A stretch of DNA of 64,000 bases from an uncultured virus (IMG/VR IMGVR_UViG_3300031669_003759) (IMGVR_UViG_3300031669_003759:1-64000), one strand, 5' to 3'. Shown: positions 39,499-49,914, numbered from the stretch's first letter. A program made the numbers and translations. Notes: generated by a model from the sequence alone, not told the origin.

Positions 39499-40412
39499 AA
39501 ATATTTTGTTTAAGGAAATATTTTTTTATTGAGATGGCAGCAACGTCTAATGTACACGTTGTATCGCACGGATTGGCGCGGCCAATTCAATTCAAACACC
39601 ACTTAGTTGAGTTTACTGACCATTTTGTTGCTGAACAACCTGATTTTTTCTATTTTTGGAAAGATGAGCAGCTTACTAGGGATATCCTTATAAAATTAAA
39701 AGCAGCGAGTCCACACACAAAATTTGTAATGTATTATGCAGACCAACGCGGGGGTGTTCCTCCACTAATCGCAGAGAGACGTGGCCTATTAGACGTATTG
39801 TTTATAAATAATGAAGACCCTACACAATTTAAGATGTACAAAAAGATTGGTATACCTAAAGTGTTTACATTGCACCACTGTGTTCCCACAAATGAATTTA
39901 AAGATTTTGACGTTCCCATTACCCATGATGTATTTTTTGGGGGAAACAACTTTAACCATAAAAAATTTCCTCTAGGAAAATTTAGGTATGATTTGATTAT
40001 GCGAGTACATGGATTGTTCAAGACAGTTGTTTATGGGAATGGTTGGCCCTTTGGTACTGAAAAGCGGGTTCCCCGACAGCAATATGCAAGAGTTCTACGT
40101 AGAGCCAATGTAAATCTAGGATCAAATCATTATGACGTTTTGCGGTACTATGATAGACGCTTATTTGAATGTATGGCTTCTGGCAGAGCGCATATAACTA
40201 GATATGTTCCTGGTATGGAGAAGCATTTCGAAAACGGAAAACATTTGGTTTGGTTTCGTTCAATTAAAGAAGGGTTAAACGCTATTCAAAATTTGTTAAA
40301 GTACCCGGAAAAAAGAGAAGCAATTGCTGCCGCTGGTAAAAAGCTCGTTTTTGAACAGCACAGTTTTGAGGTACGTGCTAACCAGTTACAACAGATTTTG
40401 GAATCGATATGA
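39483..40412 (+). CDS. CgeB-like glycosyltransferase
   Basis: DVFFGG, VYGNGW, RRLFECMASG, FENGKHLVWF, HSFEVRA. Confidence 0.75.
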   Translation: MGKTVKIFCLRKYFFIEMAATSNVHVVSHGLARPIQFKHHLVEFTDHFVAEQPDFFYFWKDEQLTRDILIKLKAASPHTKFVMYYADQRGGVPPLIAERRGLLDVLFINNEDPTQFKMYKKIGIPKVFTLHHCVPTNEFKDFDVPITHDVFFGGNNFNHKKFPLGKFRYDLIMRVHGLFKTVVYGNGWPFGTEKRVPRQQYARVLRRANVNLGSNHYDVLRYYDRRLFECMASGRAHITRYVPGMEKHFENGKHLVWFRSIKEGLNAIQNLLKYPEKREAIAAAGKKLVFEQHSFEVRANQLQQILESI

Positions 40413-41395
40413 TATTAACTGTTGCCGCTATTTTAGATGAATTTTCAGAGACTTGTTTTTCTCATGAATGCCACCTCATTCCTGTTAGGAGTACTGATTA
40501 CTTATCGAGATTGAGAAAATCTGGAAAGATAGATTTATTGCTAGTTGAATCAGTGTGGCGTGGTCCCGGAAATAGTTGGAGTCACTACTTAGTTAATAAT
40601 AGAAAGCACCCAGTCCCTTCTGGTCTGCCCATTTTAATGAAATTAATTAAAGAATGTAAAAGACTGCAGATACCTACATTGTTTTGGGCCAAAGAGGACC
40701 CTGTTCATTTTAAGCATTTCATAATATCAGCCGGTGTGTTTGATTGGATTGCTACAACAGATGTGAATTGTATGCAACAGTATAAAAATAAATTTGGGCA
40801 TAATCGGGTATTTGCTCTGCCCTTCGCTGCCCAAACTGCCATACACATTCCTAAAGGCATAGAGGGAAGGATTTCGCTGGCTTGTTTTGCTGGGGCTTGT
40901 AGAAATAAACAATACCCAAATAGAGCCGCTGCAATGGATTTCGTGCTAAAACCGGCGATAAAATACGGTTTACACATCTATGATAGGCACAAAGTAGGTA
41001 GTAGCGGGGAAGATTTTCCGGCTATTTATAAAGATTGCGTACAGGGTGGAGTTCCATATACTCAAATGTTAGAAAAGTATACACAGTATAAAGTATTTTT
41101 AAATGTAAACTCGATTGATACTTCTCCAACAATGTTTTCGCGTAGAGTATTTGAACTGCTCGCCTGTGGTACTCCTGTGATCAGTTCTCCATCCACTGGA
41201 ATTGAGAAAATGTTGCCAGAGGTACTGATTTCTCATAATAAAAAAGAAACTGAACAACACTTGCAGAGACTTTTGAATGACGATAAGTATTGGAAACAGA
41301 TTTCTACGGCGGGGATAGCTAGAGTGAAAAGTGGGCATACATATGCTCATAGATTAAAAACTATCTGTGAAACTATTGGTATAACTGAAAAATAA
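40409..41395 (+). CDS. CgeB-like glycosyltransferase
   Basis: LVESVW, FWAKEDPVHF, TTD, LPFAAQ, LNVNS...SPTMFSRRVFELLACGTPVIS, HTY.HR. Confidence 0.8.
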   Translation: MILTVAAILDEFSETCFSHECHLIPVRSTDYLSRLRKSGKIDLLLVESVWRGPGNSWSHYLVNNRKHPVPSGLPILMKLIKECKRLQIPTLFWAKEDPVHFKHFIISAGVFDWIATTDVNCMQQYKNKFGHNRVFALPFAAQTAIHIPKGIEGRISLACFAGACRNKQYPNRAAAMDFVLKPAIKYGLHIYDRHKVGSSGEDFPAIYKDCVQGGVPYTQMLEKYTQYKVFLNVNSIDTSPTMFSRRVFELLACGTPVISSPSTGIEKMLPEVLISHNKKETEQHLQRLLNDDKYWKQISTAGIARVKSGHTYAHRLKTICETIGITEK

Positions 41396-41397
41396 CT

Positions 41398-42009
41398 ATG
41401 ATAGTAGAAGCGTTTAAAAAATATGAAGAGCAAATCTTGTCTAAACTTAGACTTGAATATTGTGGACTTATATGGTGTGAGTTAGGCAACCAACGTTATT
41501 GTGGGAAACCTGCCAAGGGAATGTATGAATTAAAGGGAGTAAAGCACACTTCCATTGACATAAATGGGCTTGGAGGAGCAGTACCTATCGATTTAGATTC
41601 TCCTATTCCTAGTAACATGGAAAATAAGTTTGATGTAGTAACCAATTATGGTACATCTGACCACGTAAATAATCAATATTCTGTGTTCAAGAATGTCCAT
41701 TTGATGTGCAAACTTAATGGCATTATGTTGCATGGAGTGCCATTGATTGGTAATTGGGTTAAACACTGTAGATATTACTATTCTAAACAATTTTTTGAGG
41801 GATTGTCTATTAAATGTGGGTACAGAATAATTGATTTAAAGGTGCTTAACTCTGGTTTTTATCGCCATCCTAAGAATTTGGTAGTAGGGGTGCTTCAAAG
41901 GGTAGAAAATGTTGCTTTTGTTTCTCAAAGACAGTTTATTGGGATTTCTGGAATTAACGACTCAAAAAATCTGAATCGTACTGGTAATTACTCTATTAAA
42001 AGAAAGTAA
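41398..42009 (+). CDS. SAM-dependent methyltransferase-like protein
   Basis: ELGNQ, SIDING, FDVVTNYGTSDHV.NQY.VFKN.H. Confidence 0.65.
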   Translation: MIVEAFKKYEEQILSKLRLEYCGLIWCELGNQRYCGKPAKGMYELKGVKHTSIDINGLGGAVPIDLDSPIPSNMENKFDVVTNYGTSDHVNNQYSVFKNVHLMCKLNGIMLHGVPLIGNWVKHCRYYYSKQFFEGLSIKCGYRIIDLKVLNSGFYRHPKNLVVGVLQRVENVAFVSQRQFIGISGINDSKNLNRTGNYSIKRK

Positions 42010-42018
42010 TATACGTCG

Positions 42019-42690
42019 ATGTTAAACACCTTAATAAAAAGAAACACGATGCTAAATGCTAGAAAATTAGACCATTTAGTAAATCAAATAAAATATATAA
42101 TCTCAAATAATATAGAAGGAGATGTAGTTCAATGTGGTGTATGGATGGGAGGTAGTGCAGTATTAATGGCAAAAACAATGCAGAATTTAGGATCTACTAG
42201 AACCCTGCGTTTGTTTGATTCGTTTGCCGATCCCCATGAGCCATTGCCAATTGATGGCAAATATCTAGTAAAGGAATTAGGGGGAAAGCAACGGGCTAAG
42301 GGCCGACTACAAACAATAGATGGGTACTATAAAAGGGTAACAAGGGGAATAGGTCCAGGAAATAGTAAGCATGTTTATAATCTACTTGCAAATGTTATTG
42401 CCTACCCTAAAGATAAGATAAAAATATACAAAGGATGGTTTCAACATACACTCGCTCCGTATAGTAAGCGAATTGATAAAATAGCTTTGTTGATGTTGGA
42501 TTGTGATTTGTATGCACCAACCAAACTTTGTATGCGGTATTTGTACACGAAAGTAGCCAAAAATGGAGTGGTCATTGTAGATGATTATTTAACACTTGAT
42601 GGGTGTCATGCAGCAATAACTGAAACGGTAGAAAGTAACATAGTGCCAATACAAGTTGCTAATACTGGGTGTGTCTATTGGGAAAAATAA
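42019..42690 (+). CDS. TylF/MycF-family sugar O-methyltransferase (copy 1)
   Basis: GDVVQCGVWMGGS, LFDSF, KGWFQHTL, LDCDLY, VDDY. Confidence 0.88.
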   Translation: MLNTLIKRNTMLNARKLDHLVNQIKYIISNNIEGDVVQCGVWMGGSAVLMAKTMQNLGSTRTLRLFDSFADPHEPLPIDGKYLVKELGGKQRAKGRLQTIDGYYKRVTRGIGPGNSKHVYNLLANVIAYPKDKIKIYKGWFQHTLAPYSKRIDKIALLMLDCDLYAPTKLCMRYLYTKVAKNGVVIVDDYLTLDGCHAAITETVESNIVPIQVANTGCVYWEK

Positions 42691-43200
42691 AGGAGATAGT
42701 ATGATAAAACAAGAAATAGATGCTGTAATAAAAAAGAGTACAATGAATCAAACAGGCTTAGCGTTTATTCAAAGTAAGGTAATTGAGTTAGTGAACAAAA
42801 AAGTGCAAGGTGATATAGTAGAATGTGGTGTTTGGATGGGGGGCACCTCAGCTAAAATCGCACAAATGTTATTGGAATACAAGGACGACAGAGTAATTCG
42901 GTTATTTGATTCTTTTGATGATATCTGTGAGCCACTACCGCTTGACGGAGCACGCTTAATAAAGCAGGTTGGTGGTTCTAAAAACGCACAGGGGCGGTTG
43001 CAGCCAGTTAAGGGCTTTTATAGAAAACGTAAGTTATCTGGTCCCGGAAATGCCAAATATGTATATAATCTTATGACTAAGGTAGTTGGTTATCCGAAAA
43101 ACAGAGTAAAAATATACAAAGGATGGTTTCAACATACACTCGCTCCGTATAGTAAGCGAATTGATAAAATAGCTTTGTTGATGTTGGATTGTGATTTGTA
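42419..43200 (+). repeat. 94-bp exact direct repeat (42419-42512 and 43107-43200)
   Basis: TAAAAATATACAAAGGATGG...GATTGTGATTTGTA is identical in both TylF genes. Confidence 0.9.
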
Positions 43201-43384
43201 CGTTTCTATCAAGATTTGCTTGGAACATTTGTATAAAAAGCTAGTTCCTGGAGGTATAATAATTATTGATGACTATTATTACTATGATGGAGCGAAATTA
43301 GCAGTAGATGAGTATATAAAGGATTACAAGGTTAATGTTACTATTCCGAAGCTTGGTAAGTATGTGTGCTGGACAAAACAATAG
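42701..43384 (+). CDS. TylF/MycF-family sugar O-methyltransferase (copy 2)
   Basis: GDIVECGVWMGGT, LFDSF, KGWFQHTL, LDCDLY, IDDY; AAGGAG RBS before 42701. Confidence 0.9.
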   Translation: MIKQEIDAVIKKSTMNQTGLAFIQSKVIELVNKKVQGDIVECGVWMGGTSAKIAQMLLEYKDDRVIRLFDSFDDICEPLPLDGARLIKQVGGSKNAQGRLQPVKGFYRKRKLSGPGNAKYVYNLMTKVVGYPKNRVKIYKGWFQHTLAPYSKRIDKIALLMLDCDLYVSIKICLEHLYKKLVPGGIIIIDDYYYYDGAKLAVDEYIKDYKVNVTIPKLGKYVCWTKQ

Positions 43385-43393
43385 GTAACACCT

Positions 43394-44491
43394 ATGGTAA
43401 AGATTCTTCATATAGGACATACTAACACACCGCATGTTCATGATGTAATTCAGCAAATTGATGAACATACAGATTTTCAAAACGCGCTTCTAAGCTGTCA
43501 AACTGAAGAGTTTGTACCTTATGAACTTTTTAAACGTATACCTGTATATGTCTATAACTATTTAGATTTCGTAGATACACCAGCAATGCGGTCTGCTGTT
43601 GATAACGTCTTGAAAGCAGAAAAACCTGACTTGATTATTGGGCACTCGTTTTCACAAGTGGCTGTGATTATGAACTATGTGTTGAGTGTAACCAACGTTC
43701 CAGCTATGTCTTTTATTTGGGGATCTTCTGATTGTGTAAAAAGCTTTAAGAATGCAATATTTACAAGGATATACTATAATAATTTAACCGTTTTGAAAAA
43801 AATAAATTACTTAGTATGCACAAATAGATGGTTAAATTTACAGGCAGTTAATAGCTATGGCATTACATTAGATGATTTCGTTGAAGCTGGTCCTCCAGTT
43901 AATCTGGCACAGTATACAAATCATATACCAGATACATCCAAACCAAGGTTATTTTTAGCCAAGCCACGGTGTGAAAAGTACATATACGCGTGTTTGCCCG
44001 CCGCATTTAAACAATTTCCTAAACTAGAGGTTCATGCCTTCCGAGTTCCTAAAAGCATTGTCCTCGCTAAGAAAGTTGGTGTGCATAACCAAGTACGTTT
44101 TCATAATTACCCACAAACTCAAGAAAATTTTGCCAATATGATAAAATATGTTAACATTGTTCACACAATTACACCAGACCCAGGAACAGGAGGGACGGCA
44201 GTTCAGGCAACATACGCGGGGTGTGTAAATCTGATGCGGCAGTGTCAATCAAGCAAATGGATGATTGAGGACGGAATAAATGCGGTAATGTGTCGTTTAA
44301 ATGTACCCGATGTAATGCAAAAGTTATTCTATAGTGTGCAAAATATGCCTAAATTATGTCAAAGATTTAGAGAAAATAGCAGACATTTAATTAGGTTTGA
44401 CAGAGAAAATACATGGAAGAATCTGCATAAAGCAATTCTAAATTGTTTAGAAGGAAAGAAAGGTAGGATTACTCCAATGGTTACTGTATAA
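43394..44491 (+). CDS. divergent GT4-like glycosyltransferase (paralogue A)
   Basis: KILHIG..TPHV, EKPDLIIGH, GT-B layout. Confidence 0.65.
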   Translation: MVKILHIGHTNTPHVHDVIQQIDEHTDFQNALLSCQTEEFVPYELFKRIPVYVYNYLDFVDTPAMRSAVDNVLKAEKPDLIIGHSFSQVAVIMNYVLSVTNVPAMSFIWGSSDCVKSFKNAIFTRIYYNNLTVLKKINYLVCTNRWLNLQAVNSYGITLDDFVEAGPPVNLAQYTNHIPDTSKPRLFLAKPRCEKYIYACLPAAFKQFPKLEVHAFRVPKSIVLAKKVGVHNQVRFHNYPQTQENFANMIKYVNIVHTITPDPGTGGTAVQATYAGCVNLMRQCQSSKWMIEDGINAVMCRLNVPDVMQKLFYSVQNMPKLCQRFRENSRHLIRFDRENTWKNLHKAILNCLEGKKGRITPMVTV

Positions 44492-45615
44492 TGACTATAA
44501 AAAAACCAAAAATACTTCATATTGGAGGATCACACTCTGTTCACGTTGCAGATTTGGTTTCAGAGTTACACGCACAAGGCTATCCTCAGTGTGTACTAAG
44601 CTATAAGCGCGGGAACTTACTTCCTAAGCGGGTTCCCACATACTTTTATCCATATAATAAATTCTATCCCAATAACACACTTCCTAAAGATGAAGAGTAT
44701 CTAAAGCGTTATATTTCGAGTATTTTGCAGAAAGAGAAACCAAATATAATCCATGGACACTTTTTGGCATTTAGTTGCGTAGCGATTAATCTGGCGAGTG
44801 GTTTATCTGGACTTCCACTGTATTTGACACCTTGGTCTTCTAGAGCTTGGATTAAGGATAAGGTGCTGTTTAGTAGGATCAATTATGGAATATCTCGTGC
44901 AAAATATTTTCTGTTAGACCAGCGGTGGGTATTTGATATATTCAAGAGTTACTATAAGCATACGTTAAAAGACAGTATGCATGTACCTTGGAGGATGCCA
45001 CTGTACCTATCTACACACCATGATTTTACCAAAGAACAAAAGGATACATCTAGGCCAAAGTTGTTATCTGCTAGAGTAATGCAGGATAGAAATCATCAGG
45101 AATTGTTTGTTCAGGCACTTCCAATTATATTTGAGAAACATCCTGATGCTACTGCTACACTTATGATTGGGCAGTCTGCTGCACAAGGAAACAAGTATTT
45201 TAATTTGATGGTTGCTTTAGCTAAAAAATTAGGCATTTTCAATAGATGTCATTTTATAAACAGAGCACTTTCCCAAGTAGAATTCTCTAAGCTGATTAAA
45301 GAACACAATATTGTATATTCCGTATCAGAGAGTGATATGGGAGGATCTCAAACTACATATCAATCTATGTACGCAGGTGCTATTACTATAGTAAAAACTT
45401 CTTCATACGGGTACCTGCCACTAGTTCCAAATAAGAATTCCCTCGTGACTGATTTAACTAAGGAAGCAGTGCAAAAGGTGTTACTATACGCTGCTGATCA
45501 TGTTAAAGAGTTATGTGGTAAATTTTTTGACAACAGCAGAACGTTACGTCTGGCAAGTAATGAGTATATGCTCCCGATTTTAACCAAATTATACGATAAG
45601 GAAGTAGTTAAATAG
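44491..45615 (+). CDS. divergent GT4-like glycosyltransferase (paralogue B)
   Basis: KILHIGGSHSVHV, EKPNIIHGHF, TPWSS, LLSAR. Confidence 0.68.
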   Translation: MTIKKPKILHIGGSHSVHVADLVSELHAQGYPQCVLSYKRGNLLPKRVPTYFYPYNKFYPNNTLPKDEEYLKRYISSILQKEKPNIIHGHFLAFSCVAINLASGLSGLPLYLTPWSSRAWIKDKVLFSRINYGISRAKYFLLDQRWVFDIFKSYYKHTLKDSMHVPWRMPLYLSTHHDFTKEQKDTSRPKLLSARVMQDRNHQELFVQALPIIFEKHPDATATLMIGQSAAQGNKYFNLMVALAKKLGIFNRCHFINRALSQVEFSKLIKEHNIVYSVSESDMGGSQTTYQSMYAGAITIVKTSSYGYLPLVPNKNSLVTDLTKEAVQKVLLYAADHVKELCGKFFDNSRTLRLASNEYMLPILTKLYDKEVVK

Positions 45616-45716
45616 ATATGTGCTGCACTAGAAGTATTTGCTAACTGTTGGTGTGGGAAACCTCTTATCTATTTTGGTAAATAAATTGCTTGGCGCTTAA
45701 CACAAGGATACAAACC

Positions 45717-46499
45717 ATGAAAATTCAAAAAATAAAAAATCATTGGAATGAATTAGCTGCAGCAGCGGAACATTCTTATAAGGCATCCTGGGATGATTAT
45801 TATATGTTGCAGAAAGAAATAGCTGAAATAAGTAATAACATACAGTGTACGGCTTCTATTTGTGATATGGGCTGTAACAATGGCTATTGTGATTTCGAGC
45901 TTTTAAAAAGACATGACAAACTACGTATTACTGGAATTGATTTCTCAGAGAAAGCAATAGAACAGGCAAATAAAATCCGTGACGATAGTCCTTACAAGGA
46001 ACGCTGTACCTTTTTAGTAGGAAATATTTTAGATGTAAACAGTTACCCAGCAGATAAATTTGATACCATTATTGTAAAGCGTACTCTAATAAATCTAATA
46101 AGTGATGAGGCACAACTACAAGCCGTACATAACTTGTTTTCTATGGTATGGTGTGGCGGGAACGTAATTATAATGGAAGCTGTTGAGGAAAATTTGCAGA
46201 GACTAAACAAGTTACGGGCAGCGTTTGATTTACCAGATCTGGTACAGCCTTGGCACAATCGATATCTTAGTAAATCGGTCGTTAATAAACTATCTTTAGA
46301 TTTTTGTGTGTCACATGACGACGACTATTCTAGTTCGTATTATGTTTTGTCTAGGGTAGTTTACCCTTGGATTGCTAAGATAACCAATAGTAATGTAGAA
46401 TATCTAAATGAAATAAACAGAGTCGCAATGTTGCTTCCTAATTTTGGGGACTATGGTATACAGCGCATATTTATCCTATATAGAAATGGTGAAATTTGA
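45717..46499 (+). CDS. class I SAM-dependent methyltransferase
   Basis: ICDMGCNNG, TGIDFSEKAIEQA, FDTIIVKRTLINL. Confidence 0.82.
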   Translation: MKIQKIKNHWNELAAAAEHSYKASWDDYYMLQKEIAEISNNIQCTASICDMGCNNGYCDFELLKRHDKLRITGIDFSEKAIEQANKIRDDSPYKERCTFLVGNILDVNSYPADKFDTIIVKRTLINLISDEAQLQAVHNLFSMVWCGGNVIIMEAVEENLQRLNKLRAAFDLPDLVQPWHNRYLSKSVVNKLSLDFCVSHDDDYSSSYYVLSRVVYPWIAKITNSNVEYLNEINRVAMLLPNFGDYGIQRIFILYRNGEI

Positions 46500-47566
46500 C
46501 AAAGATTTTGCACATAGGTGGTGTGAACTCCCCCCACGTAACTGGGATTTTGGAACAAATTAAACAATATACTAACTTTGAGCAGTGTGTAATAAGTTAT
46601 CCAACTACAATAAAAGATTATGATAAAAAACTTTTTATGGGTATTTCAACATATTACTATAACTATCCATTATTTTTCAAAAATAAACCAATTAATGCAG
46701 TAGAAAGTAAAAAACTAGAGAAATTTATTGCTAAGGTTATCGCAGCGGAACATCCAGATATAATTCATGGACACTACTTATCCAAGTGTGCTATGCCTAT
46801 GTACTACGCAATAGTGTACAGCAACAAGCCAGGAATAGTTGTTCCTTGGTCTATATGGGATATAGCACAAAACTCACATATGTTTAGTAGAATTAAAGCA
46901 TGTCTAAATGCTTGTTCTTACGTAATGTGCAACAATACAAAATTTTTGAATGTACTATTAGATGCATATAGTCAAAGTAGATCCAAGGGAATATTTTCGT
47001 TTCCCCCTGTGCGGTTATACCTATATAAGAACGCTGTACCTAATACGCATGTACCCCGATTGCTAATTACACGTACACATTATCAAGCTGCATTCTTTAG
47101 TATACTTCCTAAAATAATAAAAATGTTTCCTAACATAGAAATAACTTCTTTATCTCCAGGAAATATAGTTCAGTTGTCAAAAAAATTAGGTATATATAAT
47201 AAAATAACGTTTTTACCAAGTATGCTTACTCAGGAGGACTTTGCTAAAACGGTACAAAACCACAATATTGTTAGATCTATGGCACCAGATCATGGAACAT
47301 CTAGTACAACTATTCAAGCCGCCTACTCTGGGGCGGTTGTTTTGTCACATAAAAGTTCTTGGTCTTACCTAAAAAATAATGTTAATATTATTGAATGTGA
47401 TTTAACTGTAGAAGATATTCAAAATAAACTTATTTATGCAATAAAAAATTTGAAAACTCTTTGCCCTATGTTTAAGAAAAATAACGCTTTCCTTAAAGGT
47501 TGGGATGCAGACGTTACTTGGAAAAATTTACTTACAGCATATAGTACGATGCTAAAAGGGAGATAA
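46496..47566 (+). CDS. divergent GT4-like glycosyltransferase (paralogue C)
   Basis: KILHIGGVNSPHV, EHPDIIHGHY, VPWSIWD. Confidence 0.68.
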   Translation: MTKILHIGGVNSPHVTGILEQIKQYTNFEQCVISYPTTIKDYDKKLFMGISTYYYNYPLFFKNKPINAVESKKLEKFIAKVIAAEHPDIIHGHYLSKCAMPMYYAIVYSNKPGIVVPWSIWDIAQNSHMFSRIKACLNACSYVMCNNTKFLNVLLDAYSQSRSKGIFSFPPVRLYLYKNAVPNTHVPRLLITRTHYQAAFFSILPKIIKMFPNIEITSLSPGNIVQLSKKLGIYNKITFLPSMLTQEDFAKTVQNHNIVRSMAPDHGTSSTTIQAAYSGAVVLSHKSSWSYLKNNVNIIECDLTVEDIQNKLIYAIKNLKTLCPMFKKNNAFLKGWDADVTWKNLLTAYSTMLKGR

Positions 47567-47567
47567 T

Positions 47568-48596
47568 ATGAAAACTATTTTGATCACAGGTGGCGCAGGC
47601 TTCATTGGTTCCAATTTTGTAAAATATATTATGAATAAGTATCCAAAATACAAAATTTTGATATTGGATGCATTAACTTATGCTGGTTCAGTAGATAATC
47701 TTCCACAGCTACTTATAGGAAATGCGTCTGATCGTGGTGAATTTTGGTATGGTAACATTACAAACGCTAATTTAGTAGACACCTTAGTACGTAGATCTAC
47801 TATTATTGTTCATTTTGCAGCGGAGACACATGTAACAAGATCTATTTACGATAATACTTTATTCTTTCATACAGATGTCTTAGGTACTCAAACCATTGCT
47901 AATGCCGTATGTAAGCACAAAAACACTATTGAGCGTTTTATCCATATTTCTACATCGGAAGTTTATGGAACAGCACTAACAGAATCAATGGATGAAAATC
48001 ACCCATTGAACCCGAGCAGCCCATATGCAGCAGCAAAAGTTGGAGCAGATAGGTTGGTTTATTCTTATTGGAATACATATAAAATTCCTGCAATTATTAT
48101 TCGACCATTTAACAATTATGGACCAAGACAGCATCTTGAAAAAGTTATTCCTCGTTTTATTACCAGTAGTATACTAAAAGAACCTATGCGTATTCATGGA
48201 GATGGATCTGCGAAAAGAGACTTTGTTTATGTTGAAGATGTATGTAGTGCACTTGATGTTGTTATGCACGCTGATCTTAACAAAGTTATCGGAGAGGTAT
48301 TTAATGTTGGAAGCGGAAAAGATATTTCTATTGGAGATATTGCTAAGACTATAACAAGGGTAATGCAGAGCAGTAGTAGCACAACTATAGTGGATAGACC
48401 AGGACAAGTTATTAGACATACGGCAAATATTAATAAAATACAAAACGTTTTAGGATGGAAACCTGAAACATCGTGGGTTGACGGCCTCAATAAAACAATT
48501 GCCTGGTATAATGCTAATAAGCGTCTTTGGGAGAAACAACTATGGTTGCGTGATATCCCCATTGTTACTGCCGAGGGAGTAAAAGCATGGCATTAA
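47568..48596 (+). CDS. rmlB: dTDP-glucose 4,6-dehydratase
   Basis: TGGAGFIGSNF, DALTYAG, HFAAETHV.RSI, STSEVYG, PSSPYAAAK, NNYGPRQHLEK.IP. Confidence 0.9.
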   Translation: MKTILITGGAGFIGSNFVKYIMNKYPKYKILILDALTYAGSVDNLPQLLIGNASDRGEFWYGNITNANLVDTLVRRSTIIVHFAAETHVTRSIYDNTLFFHTDVLGTQTIANAVCKHKNTIERFIHISTSEVYGTALTESMDENHPLNPSSPYAAAKVGADRLVYSYWNTYKIPAIIIRPFNNYGPRQHLEKVIPRFITSSILKEPMRIHGDGSAKRDFVYVEDVCSALDVVMHADLNKVIGEVFNVGSGKDISIGDIAKTITRVMQSSSSTTIVDRPGQVIRHTANINKIQNVLGWKPETSWVDGLNKTIAWYNANKRLWEKQLWLRDIPIVTAEGVKAWH

Positions 48597-48779
48597 AATC
48601 TTTATTGAGACTAATACTTAGTGATTTATCTCGATATAAAGAAACTTATCACATCAGACAAGGTAGTAAGAATTTTTTCTTGATATGCTTAGAATCAGTT
48701 TTATTTAAATATCGTACAAGACATTCCACCTTCTTCGCGTATTTTATCTGCAGATATTGGAATAATTCATGAAGATTGA
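48587..48779 (+). pseudogene. internally deleted hexapeptide-repeat (serine acetyltransferase-like) acyltransferase remnant
   Basis: N-terminal LILSDLSRY... fragment joined out of frame to IVQDIPPSSRILS (48711-48779), which resembles the family's C-terminal motif. Confidence 0.5.
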
Positions 48780-49896
48780 ATTCTACAAACATAACATTGG
48801 ACTTAGAGAAAAGATAAGCATATGGAAATGCTTAAATTCTACTTTTTTAACTACAGGAGAACATGTTGTCAAGTTTGAAAGGGATCTTGCAAGGTACTTA
48901 ACTGTGCAACAGGGCATTGGAGTAACAAGTTGCACTGCTGCGTTACATTTGTCCCTATTAGCTTTAGGTATTGGTTCTGGAGATGAAGTTATTACCACAC
49001 CAATGACATTTGCAGCAACTGCATTAGCAATTATACAATGCGGTGCAACCCCTGTTTTTGTTGATGTTGAAAAAACAACTGGCAATATGGATACTAATTT
49101 AATAAAAAAAGCGATCACAGATAAAACAAAAGCAATAGTTCCAGTACATTTATATGGCCAAATGTGCAACATGCTAGAAATAAAAAGAATAGCAGACAAG
49201 CACAACTTGTTTATTATAGAAGATGCGGCGCACGCATTAGAAAGTTATCGGGACTTTATTAAGCCTGGGCAAGTATCAACTACTGCATGTTTCAGTTTTT
49301 ATACTACTAAGAGCATAACATGTGGTGAGGGTGGTGCAATTGTTACAAATTCAGATAGTCTTGCAAAGAAGATTAGATTACTTAGAACGCATGGATTATC
49401 ACAAGATGCTGCAAATAGGTATGAAAAATTTAAGCATTGGGATATTGTAGATTTTGGTTGGAAATATAATATGAGCAATATTCAAGCCAGCTTACTTATT
49501 CCACAATTGAAAAACGTAGAAAATTATTGGAAAAAAAGAGAAAAATGCTTTAATATATATGTGCAGGAACTACAGGGCATAGGGGGCGTTCGCATACTCA
49601 GTAAAGTACCGAATGCGAAGCATGGGTGTCATTTATTTACTGTACTTGTCGCACCGGACAAGCGGGATTTGATTGTTAAAAAGTTGCAGAGTGTTGGGAT
49701 TAACACAACAGTTAATTACAGACCAGTGCATTTATTAAAAAAATTTAGAGAAGTATATGGATATGATTGTGGAGATTTTCCAAACGCTGAAGAAATTGGT
49801 GCATCAACGATTTCTTTGCCGTTATATCCAAAACTAAAAAATAAAGAAACGCTGTATGTAATAAAGACTGTTAAAAATATTGTTGGAAGTGTGTAA
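48769..49896 (+). CDS. DegT/DnrJ/EryC1/StrS PLP-dependent sugar aminotransferase
   Basis: SCTAALHL, PVHLYGQ, IEDAAHA, FSFYTTKSITCGEGG, SLPLYP. Confidence 0.92.
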   Translation: MKIEFYKHNIGLREKISIWKCLNSTFLTTGEHVVKFERDLARYLTVQQGIGVTSCTAALHLSLLALGIGSGDEVITTPMTFAATALAIIQCGATPVFVDVEKTTGNMDTNLIKKAITDKTKAIVPVHLYGQMCNMLEIKRIADKHNLFIIEDAAHALESYRDFIKPGQVSTTACFSFYTTKSITCGEGGAIVTNSDSLAKKIRLLRTHGLSQDAANRYEKFKHWDIVDFGWKYNMSNIQASLLIPQLKNVENYWKKREKCFNIYVQELQGIGGVRILSKVPNAKHGCHLFTVLVAPDKRDLIVKKLQSVGINTTVNYRPVHLLKKFREVYGYDCGDFPNAEEIGASTISLPLYPKLKNKETLYVIKTVKNIVGSV

Positions 49897-49914
49897 CTGT
49901 AGTAGGGTAATTAA

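Noticed and set aside
42419..43200. Diversity-generating retroelement TR/VR pair
   Set aside because: The copies are identical with no A-specific mismatches, and there is no reverse transcriptase in the window.
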